Assembly: GCA_965240465.1 (NCBI GenBank)
Contig: OZ251219.1
Location: forward strand, 960,001 to 1,024,000
Direction of reading: 5' to 3'
DNA: 64,000 nucleotides
Source: a bacterium
GTDB taxonomy: Bacteria > SAR324 > JACQKK01
Part shown: piece after piece, positions 49,190-59,220 of the stretch
Layout of the letters: each line of letters starts with the position of its first letter
Numbering within the stretch: the stretch's first letter is position 1
Program-made: the position numbers and the translations under genes
The notes under the pieces: generated by a model
Told to the model about the DNA's origin: nothing
Databases searched by the model: none
Seen by the model: only the letters and a program-made list of their open reading frames with translations

Positions 49190-50063
49190 AATTAAGATGC
49201 CTGCGGGTAGAATTAAGGTGTCCGTAAAAACCATCCCAGTACGCGTCCACGTGTTGCTGATGCTGTTAGGGGTCGGGTTGGTGTTGCCAGCATTACTGGC
49301 TTCTTGGATTGCTCCTCACGATCCTCAGGCAATCAATTTATTTGATTCACTGGCTGTGCCTAGTAAGGAACACTGGATGGGATTGGATGAACAGGGTGCC
49401 GATATTCTTAGTCGCCTTTTGTTTGGAGCTCGTATTTCCTTGTGGGTGGGGCTGGTTAGTGTACTGATCTCCTGCTCGGTAGGGGTGACCTTAGGGATAG
49501 TAGCTGCTCTTAGAAGGGGTTGGGTGGAACAAAGTATAATGCGACTGGTGGATGTACTGCTGGCTTTTCCAGGACTACTATTGGCAATTGCTTTAGCAGC
49601 GGTGTTAGGACCGGGAATCGGTAATGTTGTGTTTGCTCTTTCGGTACTGGGATGGACCGGATTTGCACGCCTAGCTAGAGCACAAACACTGGTACTGAGG
49701 CAAAGTGAATACGTGGAGGCAGCGTGCATCGTGGGAGTTAGTACGGCAAGACTGATAAGAATGCATATTATCCCTAATATGATGGCACCCATCTTAGTTC
49801 AGGCTAGTTTTGCGGTAGCCGCTTCCATTTTAGCCGAAGCTAGTCTCAGTTTTTTAGGACTGGGAGCCCCAGTGGGTACGCCCAGCTGGGGAGCAATGCT
49901 TTCTGAAGGTAAGCATGTACTCTCTGAAGCCCCCCATGTTTCTATTTTTCCAGGATTAGCCATTATGTTCACCGTGCTGGGTTTCAACATGCTTGGCGAT
50001 GTCTTATCTGATTGGCTAGACCCCAAAAGACGCTACGTTAACTTGCAACGTCGCAATACTTAA
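49158..50063 (+). CDS. Peptide/nickel ABC transporter permease (OppC/DppC-like)
   Basis: GARISL, EYVEAA, EASLSFLGLG and PSWGAML. Confidence 0.93.
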   Translation: MAGLTRVPVNKIKMPAGRIKVSVKTIPVRVHVLLMLLGVGLVLPALLASWIAPHDPQAINLFDSLAVPSKEHWMGLDEQGADILSRLLFGARISLWVGLVSVLISCSVGVTLGIVAALRRGWVEQSIMRLVDVLLAFPGLLLAIALAAVLGPGIGNVVFALSVLGWTGFARLARAQTLVLRQSEYVEAACIVGVSTARLIRMHIIPNMMAPILVQASFAVAASILAEASLSFLGLGAPVGTPSWGAMLSEGKHVLSEAPHVSIFPGLAIMFTVLGFNMLGDVLSDWLDPKRRYVNLQRRNT

Positions 50064-50099
50064 ATGTATATGGCAGGGAAGAATAATTGCTAAAAATAC

Positions 50100-50128
50100 T
50101 TGCACAGATCTCCCCAGCAGGGTACACT
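50100..50128 (+). promoter_or_regulatory. Putative sigma70 promoter of the sdh operon
   Basis: TTGCAC-N17-TACACT, 24 bp upstream of the ATG at 50153. Confidence 0.45.
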
Positions 50129-50152
50129 TGAGCGGTCAGTAAAGAACTGCCC

Positions 50153-50902
50153 ATGACCGAAATTCCTCAACAATTTCCACTGGCTCCTACCTGGCTGGAA
50201 AACGATCGCAATGACCGCTGGTGGGTAGGGCCTTTGTTGACCGCCTTGGGGTTGTTGTTGTTTATTGGATATTCCACTTGGGCTGCCTTGCAGGGGGACA
50301 ATTATCAATGGGGACCTTATCTTTCGCCTTTTTACTCTCCCCTTATTGAAGTTGATTGGTGGCCGTTTTCGCCTGCTTTTTTGATCTTATGGGGCCCGGC
50401 GGGATTTCGTTTTACTTGTTACTATTATCGCAAGGCGTATTATCGGGCTTTTTTTCTATCTCCGTCCGCTTGTGCAGTGGGGGCTCGTCCGCAGAAATAT
50501 CGTGGTGAGCGAGCCTTGTTGTTGTTCCAGAATCTACATCGTTACATGTTGTATGTGGCCTTGGGTTTCATTGTATTTTTAACGCACGATGCCATTAAGG
50601 CCTTCCAGTTTAACGATGGTTTTGGGGTGGGAGTAGGCAGTATAGTTTTGACCCTGGACGCATTATTTTTAGCAGGGTTCACTTTTGGCTGTAATTCTCT
50701 GCGTCATTTGGTGGGAGGGAATGTTAATTGTTTTAGCTGTGTCAGCTTTGGCGGGGTGCGTCATAAAACCTGGAGCCTGGTGAGCTTGTTTAACAGTCGC
50801 CATATGGAGTGGGCTTGGGTTAGTTTGTTTTGGGTGGGATTTACCGATGTTTATGTGCGGTTGGTATCAATGGGGATTTGGCATGACGTACGGATTTTCT
50901 AG
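50153..50902 (+). CDS. Succinate dehydrogenase membrane anchor (mycobacterial Sdh1/Rv0249c-like)
   Basis: YLSPFYSP, FRFTCYYYRKAYYRAFF, QNLHRY, GCNSLRHLVGG and HMEWAWVSL. Confidence 0.8.
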   Translation: MTEIPQQFPLAPTWLENDRNDRWWVGPLLTALGLLLFIGYSTWAALQGDNYQWGPYLSPFYSPLIEVDWWPFSPAFLILWGPAGFRFTCYYYRKAYYRAFFLSPSACAVGARPQKYRGERALLLFQNLHRYMLYVALGFIVFLTHDAIKAFQFNDGFGVGVGSIVLTLDALFLAGFTFGCNSLRHLVGGNVNCFSCVSFGGVRHKTWSLVSLFNSRHMEWAWVSLFWVGFTDVYVRLVSMGIWHDVRIF

Positions 50903-50904
50903 CG

Positions 50905-52698
50905 ATGAAAAACGAATCATACGAGACGCATGAGCACGACATATTGGTGATTGGTGCTGGTGGTGCTGGTCTGCGGGCTGCGATTGAGGCTTCTCGGCAG
51001 GGACTGCGAGTGGCGTTGGTATGTAAATCATTGTTAGGCAAGGCACACACGGTGATGGCTGAAGGCGGTATGGCGGGTTCTTTGGGAAATGTGGATTCCA
51101 GAGATAATTGGGAGATTCACTTTCGGGACACCATGCGGGGGGGGAAGATGTTAAATAATTGGCGGATGGCGGAATTTTTTTCCAAAGAGGCTGTAGAGCG
51201 TATTCTGGAATTGGAACGCTGGGGAGCGGTATTTGATCGGACTAAAGAGGGGCAGATAGCCCAGCGTAATTTTGGGGGGCATCGTTTTCCTCGTTTGGCA
51301 CATGTGGGGGATCGTACTGGTTTGGAGATGATCCGCACCCTGCAGCAGCATGGGGTGCATCAAGGGATTGATGTGTACATGGAATGCACTGTGGTGGACT
51401 TGCTTTTGGATGATGATCGAGTGGCAGGGGCTTTTGGATATTGGCGGGAGAATGGTCATTTTGTGGTTTTTCGCAGCAAGACAGTGATATTGGCTACCGG
51501 GGGATTGGGAAAGTGTTATCGTACCAGCAGTAATTCTTGGGAAGGAACCGGCGATGGCTTAGGGCTTGCCTTGCGGGCAGGAGCGGAATTGGTAGACATG
51601 GAATTCGTGCAGTTTCATCCGACTGGGATGGTATCGCCTCCGAGTGTGCGGGGGGTACTGGTGACAGAAGGGGTACGGGGAGAAGGAGGTGTTCTACTGA
51701 ATAACAAGGGCGAACGCTTCATGTTCAACTACATTCCAGAAAGCTATGCTACTGAAACTTCTTCCGACGAGGCAGAAGCTATCCGTTGGTTAAAGGGAGA
51801 TCCAGAAGCTCGCCGTGCTCCAGAGCTACTCACTAGGGATGTGGTAGCTAAGGCTATTCTTAATGAGGTGCAGAGTGGTCGGGGTTCTCCTAATGGGGGG
51901 GCGTTTTTGGATATCGCTAATCAGCGTCCGGCAGAGTACATTCGTCGTAAGTTGCCCAGCATGCATCATCAGTTTTTGAAGCTGGCCAACTTAGATATTA
52001 CCAAGACGCCTATAGAGGTTGGTCCTACTTGTCATTATGCCATGGGGGGCGTACTGGTAAATCCGGAAACCACCATGACTAATCTTAAGGGCTTGTTTGC
52101 CTGTGGAGAAGTAGCTGGTGGGCTACATGGTGCTAATCGTTTGGGAGGTAATTCACTGACTGATCTATTAGTATTTGGTTATCGGGCGGGGGTATCTGCC
52201 AGTCAATATGCCCAGCAAAATTCGGTTTTGCCTAAGATAACCCCAGCCCAAATTGAGAGCTATAAAAAGGTAGCCCTGCTACCATTTGAAAACAATAGCC
52301 AAGAAAACCCCTACCAACTCCTGAGAGAATTACAAGAAAGCATGGAACTCAGCAGTGGCATTGTACGCAACAAAAAGGATCTGCAAGCAGGTAGCCAAGA
52401 GCTGCTAAAATTAACTGCCCGTGCCAAGAATGCCTCAGTGGAAGGTAATCGCTGGTACAACCCAGGTTGGAACTATGCTCTTGATCTAAGAAACTTGCTA
52501 CTTGTTTCCCAAGCCATCAACCTCTCGGCTCTCAATCGGGAGGAAAGCCGCGGTGGTCATACTAGAGAAGATTTTGAAGCTTCTACCAAGCAATTTGAAT
52601 CCCTTAACACCGTTGTGTACTTGGAAAAGAATCAGCTGACATGGAAACATGTCAAGCGCGAGCCAATGCCAGAGCGTCTACAGAAACTCCTTTTATGA
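50905..52698 (+). CDS. sdhA: Succinate dehydrogenase/fumarate reductase flavoprotein
   Basis: GAGGAG, KAHTVMAEGG, QFHPTG, HGANRLGGNSL and ESRGGH. Confidence 0.93.
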   Translation: MKNESYETHEHDILVIGAGGAGLRAAIEASRQGLRVALVCKSLLGKAHTVMAEGGMAGSLGNVDSRDNWEIHFRDTMRGGKMLNNWRMAEFFSKEAVERILELERWGAVFDRTKEGQIAQRNFGGHRFPRLAHVGDRTGLEMIRTLQQHGVHQGIDVYMECTVVDLLLDDDRVAGAFGYWRENGHFVVFRSKTVILATGGLGKCYRTSSNSWEGTGDGLGLALRAGAELVDMEFVQFHPTGMVSPPSVRGVLVTEGVRGEGGVLLNNKGERFMFNYIPESYATETSSDEAEAIRWLKGDPEARRAPELLTRDVVAKAILNEVQSGRGSPNGGAFLDIANQRPAEYIRRKLPSMHHQFLKLANLDITKTPIEVGPTCHYAMGGVLVNPETTMTNLKGLFACGEVAGGLHGANRLGGNSLTDLLVFGYRAGVSASQYAQQNSVLPKITPAQIESYKKVALLPFENNSQENPYQLLRELQESMELSSGIVRNKKDLQAGSQELLKLTARAKNASVEGNRWYNPGWNYALDLRNLLLVSQAINLSALNREESRGGHTREDFEASTKQFESLNTVVYLEKNQLTWKHVKREPMPERLQKLLL

Positions 52699-52713
52699 GC
52701 ATAAGAATCATTC

Positions 52714-53517
52714 GTGTCTTCATCTGTTACCTTTAACATTTTTCGTGGTCAGCCCCAGACCGATAAAAATAACCGCCCTCTCAGCGGTAGCCAAGGACAA
52801 ATGCGTTCCTACACTACTCCATTGGAAAAGGGAATGGTGGTACTGGATGCAGTCCATGATATTCAGGCCTCCCAAGCCAATGATCTGGCAGTCCGATGGA
52901 ATTGCAAAGCTGGTAAATGTGGTTCCTGCAGTGCTGAAATCAATGGCAAACCTAGCCTAATGTGCATGACCCGTATGGATACTCTTGATACTACCCGCCC
53001 CATTAATCTCACTCCTATGCATCGCTTTCCTCTTATCAAGGACTTGGTTACTGAGGTCAAATGGAACTATGAGGTGGAAAAACGCATCCAGCCCTTCAAG
53101 CCTAGTGCTCCTCACTCAGATGGACGCCATCGCATGGAACAAAAAGATGTAGAACGAATACAGGAATTTCGCAAATGTATTGAGTGCTTCCTCTGCCAAG
53201 ACGTATGCCATGTCTTGCGCGATCATCAGCGTAGAGACTTCATCGGCCCTCGCTACTTGCTTAGAGTTGCCAATCTGGTGATGCACCCACTAGATACAGT
53301 TGACCGCTTAAAAGAACTAAAAGAATCCCAAGGCATAGGATTTTGCAACATTACCAAGTGCTGCACCGAAGTCTGTCCTGAAAATATCCACATAACCGAC
53401 AATGCCATCATCCCTCTTAAGGAGCGGGTAGCTGGACGCTTTTATGATCCTTTAGCAGGACTCTTCCGTATCTTAAGGAAGAAACGCATCCAGCAAAGAA
53501 AAACTGCAAATGTTTAA
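52714..53517 (+). CDS. sdhB: Succinate dehydrogenase/fumarate reductase iron-sulfur subunit
   Basis: NCKAGKCGSC, CIECFLCQDVC and CNITKCCTEVCP. Confidence 0.93.
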   Translation: MSSSVTFNIFRGQPQTDKNNRPLSGSQGQMRSYTTPLEKGMVVLDAVHDIQASQANDLAVRWNCKAGKCGSCSAEINGKPSLMCMTRMDTLDTTRPINLTPMHRFPLIKDLVTEVKWNYEVEKRIQPFKPSAPHSDGRHRMEQKDVERIQEFRKCIECFLCQDVCHVLRDHQRRDFIGPRYLLRVANLVMHPLDTVDRLKELKESQGIGFCNITKCCTEVCPENIHITDNAIIPLKERVAGRFYDPLAGLFRILRKKRIQQRKTANV

Positions 53518-53529
53518 CTCACTAACTCA

Positions 53530-54510
53530 CTAAGTTGCAAAGGCCGCTTCATTTCTACTAAATAGCCAGAGGGCTACCATGTTTTTGGGGTCTTGCCAGT
53601 GTTTCTCAATTTGCCAGCCTGATTGCTGGGCCAACTGCTGAACTGATTGGTAGTCGTATTTGTAGGTATTCTCAATATGGATGTCTTCTGATTTTGAAAA
53701 ATTAAAAATTTTATCCAGCACCCGTACACGTTGGGAAAGCAAGCTTACAATACGTATCTCAATACGCTCCAACTCCTTGTTGTAGCGAGCTTGATGAGTA
53801 AATTTTGTAAGGTCAAAGTCAGCGTTAAGCTCGCGGTTAATACGGGTCAAGAGATTGAGACTAAAGCTTTTTGTTATTCCAGCCTTGTCATCATAGGCAG
53901 CCAGCATGGTTTTGGTGTCTTTCTTAAGATCCGTTCCCAAGATGAACAAAGAATTTGCTCCCAACAACTTGCCGGCATTCCTAAGAAAGTTTTGGGCTTC
54001 TAAAGGGAGAAAATTACCAATGGTTGAACCAGGGAAAAATCCCAAATAGCCTTGGCACTCGGGTAGATTGCCGGGTAGGAAGGAAACGTCCGTGAAATCT
54101 GCAGCCAACGGTTTAACCAGAATATCAGGATGTAGGCCATAAAATTTCTTGGCAGAATCTTCTAGAAAATTTCTTGAAATATCAATGGGTATGTAGACAG
54201 ACGGTTCATCCATGGCATCAAGGATGAAACCCGCTTTGCGACTGGCACCACTGCCGAATTCCACTAGTGCTGTTTTGGGCTTGATAAGACGAGTAATATC
54301 CTGGGCGCGAGTACGTAGCAAATCAATTTCCACCCGGGTGAGATAATATTCGGGTGTTTTGGTGATATCCTCAAAGAGTGCTGAGCCTCGTTCATCGTAG
54401 AGAAAGCGAGAGGGTATTTTTTTTGGATCAGCAGACAATCCAGCTAGTACTTCACTGGAAATATCATCTTCTAGGTGATCATCTAATTGGGGCATGGTCG
54501 CAGTTTTCAT
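53530..54510 (-). CDS. egtD: L-histidine N-alpha-methyltransferase
   Basis: YDERGSALFEDIT..PEYYLTR, EFGSG, FPGSTIGN, AYDD and IHIENTYKY. Confidence 0.92.
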   Translation of the reverse strand: MKTATMPQLDDHLEDDISSEVLAGLSADPKKIPSRFLYDERGSALFEDITKTPEYYLTRVEIDLLRTRAQDITRLIKPKTALVEFGSGASRKAGFILDAMDEPSVYIPIDISRNFLEDSAKKFYGLHPDILVKPLAADFTDVSFLPGNLPECQGYLGFFPGSTIGNFLPLEAQNFLRNAGKLLGANSLFILGTDLKKDTKTMLAAYDDKAGITKSFSLNLLTRINRELNADFDLTKFTHQARYNKELERIEIRIVSLLSQRVRVLDKIFNFSKSEDIHIENTYKYDYQSVQQLAQQSGWQIEKHWQDPKNMVALWLFSRNEAAFAT

Positions 54511-55802
54511 GTGAGATCCTTTGCCATTCTTAGTCCGCTAAACATCCATCGTTGCTGGGGATAATAAAAATTACGATAACTCACTCGCATATGATCAGCA
54601 GGAGTAACACAACATCCACCCTTCAAAACAAATTGACCACACATGAACTTGCCATTGTACTCACTCAACATATCTCCTTCGCACTCAAAACCAGGGTAGG
54701 GGCTATAAGGAGATCCAGACCACTCCCACAAGTCACCATACATCTGTAACAGGCTATTTTCGCCAGATTTTACAGCCCGTCCTGCCCGCAATCGACCACT
54801 ATCCACAAAATTTCCTGCTATGGATAAATCTTGAGCAGCAGATTCCCACTCATGCTCTAATGGAAGTCGCTTTCCCGCCCAACGAGCAAAGGCATCGGCC
54901 TCAAAATAGCTTATGTGGCTCACGGGGGCTTCATTATCAATTGCTTGAAGTCCGCACAGGCTCATCTGCTGCCATTGGCCTTCATGTTTTTCCCAATAAC
55001 AAGGGGCACACCAACCCTCACTACGGACCGTCGCGATGCCATCAGACAGCCAAAGAGTAGGATTTCCATAGCCATTGTCCTGCATGAACTCCAACCACTC
55101 CCCATTGGTTACCAAGCGGTTGGCTAAGCGAAACGGACGCAACAGTACTTGATGGCGAGGTTTCTCACAATCATAGGCAAAGGTTGAGTTTTTATTTCCC
55201 GTTTCTGCCCCGACATCATAAATACCGCCCTCAAACTCTAGCCATTCTAGCGGGGGTGCTCCAATATCAGGGGCGGGCAATGGTTTGGGAGCTTGAAAGG
55301 CTGGCTTAATAGGGTTTTGTGCCAGCAGGTGTAGGATATCCATTAACATTAATTCTTGATGCTGCTGTTCATGATGACAGCCGATCTCTAAAAAGCCTCC
55401 GACATCTACTCTTGTTTCTAGCAGCTCTGCCATTGTTTCATCCACTTGGCGGCGATAAGCATAGACCTCCTCTACTGAGGGGCGGGTGATCATTCCGCGG
55501 CGAGAACGTGTGTTGCGAGGCCCTATGGATTCGTAGTATGAGTTGAATAAGAAGGCATAGTTATCATCAACTACGCGGTAGTTGGACAGGTATCTTTTCA
55601 GGATAACAGCCTCAAAAAACCAGGTGGTATGTGCCAAGTGCCATTTGGTAGGGCTGGCGTCGGGCATGGATTGGACTGTCATATCGCTGTCAGAAAGGTG
55701 GCTAGACAGAGCTTCGCTTTGTTGGCGTACTTGTGAGTAACGTTTCAGCAACAGGGATTTTTCGGCGGGTAAAGCAGATGAGCTGGATGGAGCAACAGAC
55801 AT
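54507..55802 (-). CDS. egtB: Ergothioneine biosynthesis sulfoxide synthase
   Basis: QSMPDASPTKWHLAHTTWFFE, HEQQHQEL and an FGE-sulfatase domain. Probable ATG at 55802. Confidence 0.93.
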   Translation of the reverse strand: MSVAPSSSSALPAEKSLLLKRYSQVRQQSEALSSHLSDSDMTVQSMPDASPTKWHLAHTTWFFEAVILKRYLSNYRVVDDNYAFLFNSYYESIGPRNTRSRRGMITRPSVEEVYAYRRQVDETMAELLETRVDVGGFLEIGCHHEQQHQELMLMDILHLLAQNPIKPAFQAPKPLPAPDIGAPPLEWLEFEGGIYDVGAETGNKNSTFAYDCEKPRHQVLLRPFRLANRLVTNGEWLEFMQDNGYGNPTLWLSDGIATVRSEGWCAPCYWEKHEGQWQQMSLCGLQAIDNEAPVSHISYFEADAFARWAGKRLPLEHEWESAAQDLSIAGNFVDSGRLRAGRAVKSGENSLLQMYGDLWEWSGSPYSPYPGFECEGDMLSEYNGKFMCGQFVLKGGCCVTPADHMRVSYRNFYYPQQRWMFSGLRMAKDLT

Positions 55803-56039
55803 AATTATTTCACCAGGATAAATGAAAAGAAAAAGGTAAATTAGGGGGTGCGGGTAAATAAACTTGCTTCGGTCCTGGGATGAGGGTGAATAAGCAATCG
55901 TACACTTAACACTACCAAGAAGCATTCTTTGTAGTAATTTGAATAATGCGGTAGAAGTACTGCGACTATATTATGTTCAACATGGCTTATAAAAGACCGA
56001 TAGATCCAATTTTCTATTAATATCATACCAGTTATATGG

Positions 56040-56987
56040 TTGGGAGAATTAATTAAAAAAATGCAAGCAAGAGATAAAGGTTTTGAGCTACTGGTGAAAA
56101 AGTTTAGGGACTCATATGTGGTTGGTAAAGATCGCACTATAACCCCTAAGAATGTGTATCAGCCTGCGGTGAATAAATTTCGTGAATTACTTCATAAGAC
56201 AATTAGTGTGTATTTGTTGCCGGGTTCAAAGATTGAGGGGCTGGAGAACTTGGATGACTGTTTTGAAAAACTGGCAGCCAAGCAGAGTGTGCTATGGTTG
56301 CCCGAGCATCGGGGCAATATGGATGTTACCTCCTTTTACGTGTTGCTGGAAAGAGAGCATCCTCGCTACCAAGCTCTGCTGGAGAAGCTGGTGTACGTAG
56401 CTGGAAGGAAGCTAAATGAGTTGTCGGAATTAGTGAACATGTTCACCGAACAATATTCCCGATTGGTGGTTGTCCCACGCAGAGACTTATTACTTGCAAA
56501 GATCTCGCAATTTTCTACCAATCAAGAAGGATATCAGCGATTTCTCAAGGACGCCCAGCAAATTAACTTGGCGGCGTTTCGGCAGCTGCTACGCATAAGG
56601 AACCGCGGGTACGTGGTTGTTCTATTTCCCCTAGGAGGCAGGTGGAAACCCAATGTAGACAATGTTCCCGTGCGAGAAACTATTTCTTATATGGAAAGAT
56701 TTGATTGGGCTTATCCGATCAGTATGGATGGCAATACCATGCCCACTGGGGAAAAAATGGAAGATGAAAGACCAGTCCATGACAAAGTAGTATTTCGGGT
56801 CGGGAAGCCCTTGAATTGTCGTGAGTACTTAGCCGATCGGCGTAAGCTATTTGATGAAGCCCATAAGCAAGTAGGTAATCAAGCAGGGGAAAATCTAGAG
56901 AAGCCAGATTTTGAGCAGCATACCGCCAATGAAATAATCCAGCTACTAGAACAGCTACGCACCACGGGAGATTACCAGCTGGTCTAA
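56040..56987 (+). CDS. Glycerol-3-phosphate/lysophospholipid acyltransferase family protein
   Basis: HX4D motif (EHRGNMD), VAGRKL and LFPLGGR. ATG at 56061 is an alternative start. Confidence 0.7.
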   Translation: MGELIKKMQARDKGFELLVKKFRDSYVVGKDRTITPKNVYQPAVNKFRELLHKTISVYLLPGSKIEGLENLDDCFEKLAAKQSVLWLPEHRGNMDVTSFYVLLEREHPRYQALLEKLVYVAGRKLNELSELVNMFTEQYSRLVVVPRRDLLLAKISQFSTNQEGYQRFLKDAQQINLAAFRQLLRIRNRGYVVVLFPLGGRWKPNVDNVPVRETISYMERFDWAYPISMDGNTMPTGEKMEDERPVHDKVVFRVGKPLNCREYLADRRKLFDEAHKQVGNQAGENLEKPDFEQHTANEIIQLLEQLRTTGDYQLV

Positions 56988-57006
56988 AGTCATTTGCGGG
57001 TATTTT

Positions 57007-57438
57007 TTGGCGTATTTTTTTCGTATTCTGACCAGTAAAATAGAGATGCTCACTTGGATGATCGGAATTAAGACCTTGCTTAGTCTGGGTTCTATTCTGC
57101 TGGTATATGGTAGTTTGATGCGTACCGCTAATCCGTCGTTGCATCGGCCGCTGATGTGGTGCTCGCTGATGTGTTGCTTGGCAGGATTTACATTGCTTCT
57201 GGGTGTTTGGCAATGGTTTCCTCCTGAGGCTAATTTGTGGGTGCATGTGGTGATAGGTGAGCAGCATATTGCTACCTTACTGTTTACCCAAACAATACTA
57301 TTGGGCTGGGGAGTGGCATGTCTAGCTATCCAAACGGTCATTGATGTCAAGAGAGGATCGTTTTCTTTTTTATTTTATCGGCTGGGTGTTCCTAGTTGGT
57401 GGTTAGCTTTTATCAGTGCCATGTTGGTGTATCGCTAA
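57007..57438 (+). CDS. Hypothetical membrane protein
   Basis: About four hydrophobic segments; co-oriented with the acyltransferase. Start uncertain. Confidence 0.55.
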   Translation: MAYFFRILTSKIEMLTWMIGIKTLLSLGSILLVYGSLMRTANPSLHRPLMWCSLMCCLAGFTLLLGVWQWFPPEANLWVHVVIGEQHIATLLFTQTILLGWGVACLAIQTVIDVKRGSFSFLFYRLGVPSWWLAFISAMLVYR

Positions 57439-57498
57439 ATAAGTCCAGTATTAATTGAGGTATGTATTGAGGGGGATCTGGGTCGGTTGCCTGTCAAT

Positions 57499-58362
57499 TT
57501 AATCTAAGGGCGGGTCAGCAGCTTGGGGTTCAGATTGCTTAGACTGCAAGGGGTGGTTAACAGGATTGGAAGCTTCTCCCCGGGCTAGCGGCAGCCTTTT
57601 GGAAAGAGTTCCTTCTATTCTGCTCAATATCCCTAGTAGCCAGTTCAATTCGCGTTCATCTGGCTGTAGTCGGCGTAGCATGCGACGTACCAAGCCCGGC
57701 ACGGGGCGTGGTGTGCCACGGGCGTAAAATCCGCTCAGCCACAAGACTTTCGCCAGCAGAGTATCCAAAGTAGCCAGCTTTCCCATTGAAACCGAGGTCT
57801 GGTGAGGGTCAGCAGAAGGATGGGAATGTCCTGGTGTAATCATCCGACTGAGTTCAAACAGTGCCAACAGCACCGCCTGAGACAAATTAAAGGAGGGGTT
57901 TTCAATCAATGAAGGAATTCTTACCAGCAGGTGGCAGTGCTCCAATTGTGTTTGTGTTAGTCCGTGGTCTTCAGCTCCGAACAGCAGGGCAGTTTGCTGC
58001 AGAGGAGAACCACTCCAATCAGCCGCCCATTCAGTAAGCAACCAATGCCTGGGGCGATTACGCCCATGGCGGGCGGTAAAGCCGACCACCATTTGCATTT
58101 TTATCAGAGCGTCTTCCAGCTTATTATGCACGGTGGCAGTTTCTAATAGAGGAGCAGCCCAGCAAGCAGAGCTCTTAGCTTTTTCCCAATCTAGTCGCGG
58201 AGGATCTACCAAGTGCAGTTGGGAAAACCCCAGATTACTCATAGCACGAGCTACAGCTCCGATGTTTAAGCTGTTTCCAGGTTCTACCAGCACTACATGA
58301 ATATGGCGAAAAAGTTGGTGACTGGATTCGGCTAGTGATCGGTCAGTTAATGAAGATATCAT
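57499..58362 (-). CDS. TrmJ/TrmH (SPOUT) RNA methyltransferase
   Basis: VVLVEP..SLNIGAVARAMSNLG, LFGAEDHGL and SFNLSQAV. Confidence 0.9.
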   Translation of the reverse strand: MISSLTDRSLAESSHQLFRHIHVVLVEPGNSLNIGAVARAMSNLGFSQLHLVDPPRLDWEKAKSSACWAAPLLETATVHNKLEDALIKMQMVVGFTARHGRNRPRHWLLTEWAADWSGSPLQQTALLFGAEDHGLTQTQLEHCHLLVRIPSLIENPSFNLSQAVLLALFELSRMITPGHSHPSADPHQTSVSMGKLATLDTLLAKVLWLSGFYARGTPRPVPGLVRRMLRRLQPDERELNWLLGILSRIEGTLSKRLPLARGEASNPVNHPLQSKQSEPQAADPPLD

Positions 58363-58553
58363 GAGTATTAATATAGTTTATGATTAGCAATCAGCAAGTT
58401 TAAGACAGTGAGCATTAGAAAAAACATAGCAAAGTAATGGATAAACAAACTGACCGAAAGAAGTTCAACTATGGTATTGGTATTTCATCATTTTAGGAAT
58501 GGTAAGTACTTTTTTGCAGACTTGTTTTTAGAGCTCTTTTTAAGATTGGACTA

Positions 58554-58922
58554 ATGGCTACTGGGCAGAAAAAATCATCAACCGGTTCCATCAAGAAAAG
58601 AAGTCCTCAGGCACTGGATGAACTTGAAAATCAGGTTGAAGGTGTAGCTGAATATAGGGCTACAGAAGAGAATATTATCAGGGAGCGTTATCAGGCACGT
58701 GATCTTCGTCGTAGTAAGTGGTGGCAGAGGCAGCTGGCGGCGGGGCGTTGTCATCATTGTGGTGGTGAATTTCTTCCTAATCAGCTGACCATGGATCATT
58801 TACTGCCCTTGTCACGAGGAGGGCGTAGCCAAAAGGGCAATGTGGCACCTTCTTGTGCTGGGTGTAACATTCAAAAGAAGAATAAGCTACCATGGCATGA
58901 TCCCAGTCAAAATGACGCATAG
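58554..58922 (+). CDS. Stand-alone HNH endonuclease domain protein
   Basis: CHHC...TMDHLLPLSRGG...NVAPSCAGCN..K. Confidence 0.9.
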   Translation: MATGQKKSSTGSIKKRSPQALDELENQVEGVAEYRATEENIIRERYQARDLRRSKWWQRQLAAGRCHHCGGEFLPNQLTMDHLLPLSRGGRSQKGNVAPSCAGCNIQKKNKLPWHDPSQNDA

Positions 58923-59118
58923 AATAATAAGTAATATGCAAATGTTTAGCGTACCCAATTATAATGTATTCAGGTTAATTTTGCGTTCTCTTCAATAAAA
59001 GAACAATTGTATATTTATCATTTTAATTATAATAAAGGGACTAACAATGAAGTTCTTGGCATCAGTAAAAAAGCAGTTGTTTCTAATTATTTTTTGAATT
59101 ATTCATCCAATAGCTGTT

Positions 59119-59147
59119 TTTTATGATACACATTGTGTATCATAAAA
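59119..59147. promoter_or_regulatory. Perfect 14-1-14 palindrome (putative operator)
   Basis: TTTTATGATACACA-T-TGTGTATCATAAAA, 73 bp upstream of the ATG at 59221. Confidence 0.6.
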
Positions 59148-59220
59148 TCATAGGTGGTTTTTATCTTGGGATGCTTAACATTATTCAACTTAACTTTTAA
59201 CAAAGGAAGGCTACCATTCA

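Noticed and set aside
54507-55802. Selenoneine (senABC) cluster suggested by selA in the window
   Set aside because: No SenB glycosyltransferase or SelD-like gene is adjacent; egtB-egtD is the ordinary ergothioneine arrangement.
58554-58922. HNH protein as a mobile or defence element
   Set aside because: Short stand-alone HNH with no partner genes, guide repeats or element ends.
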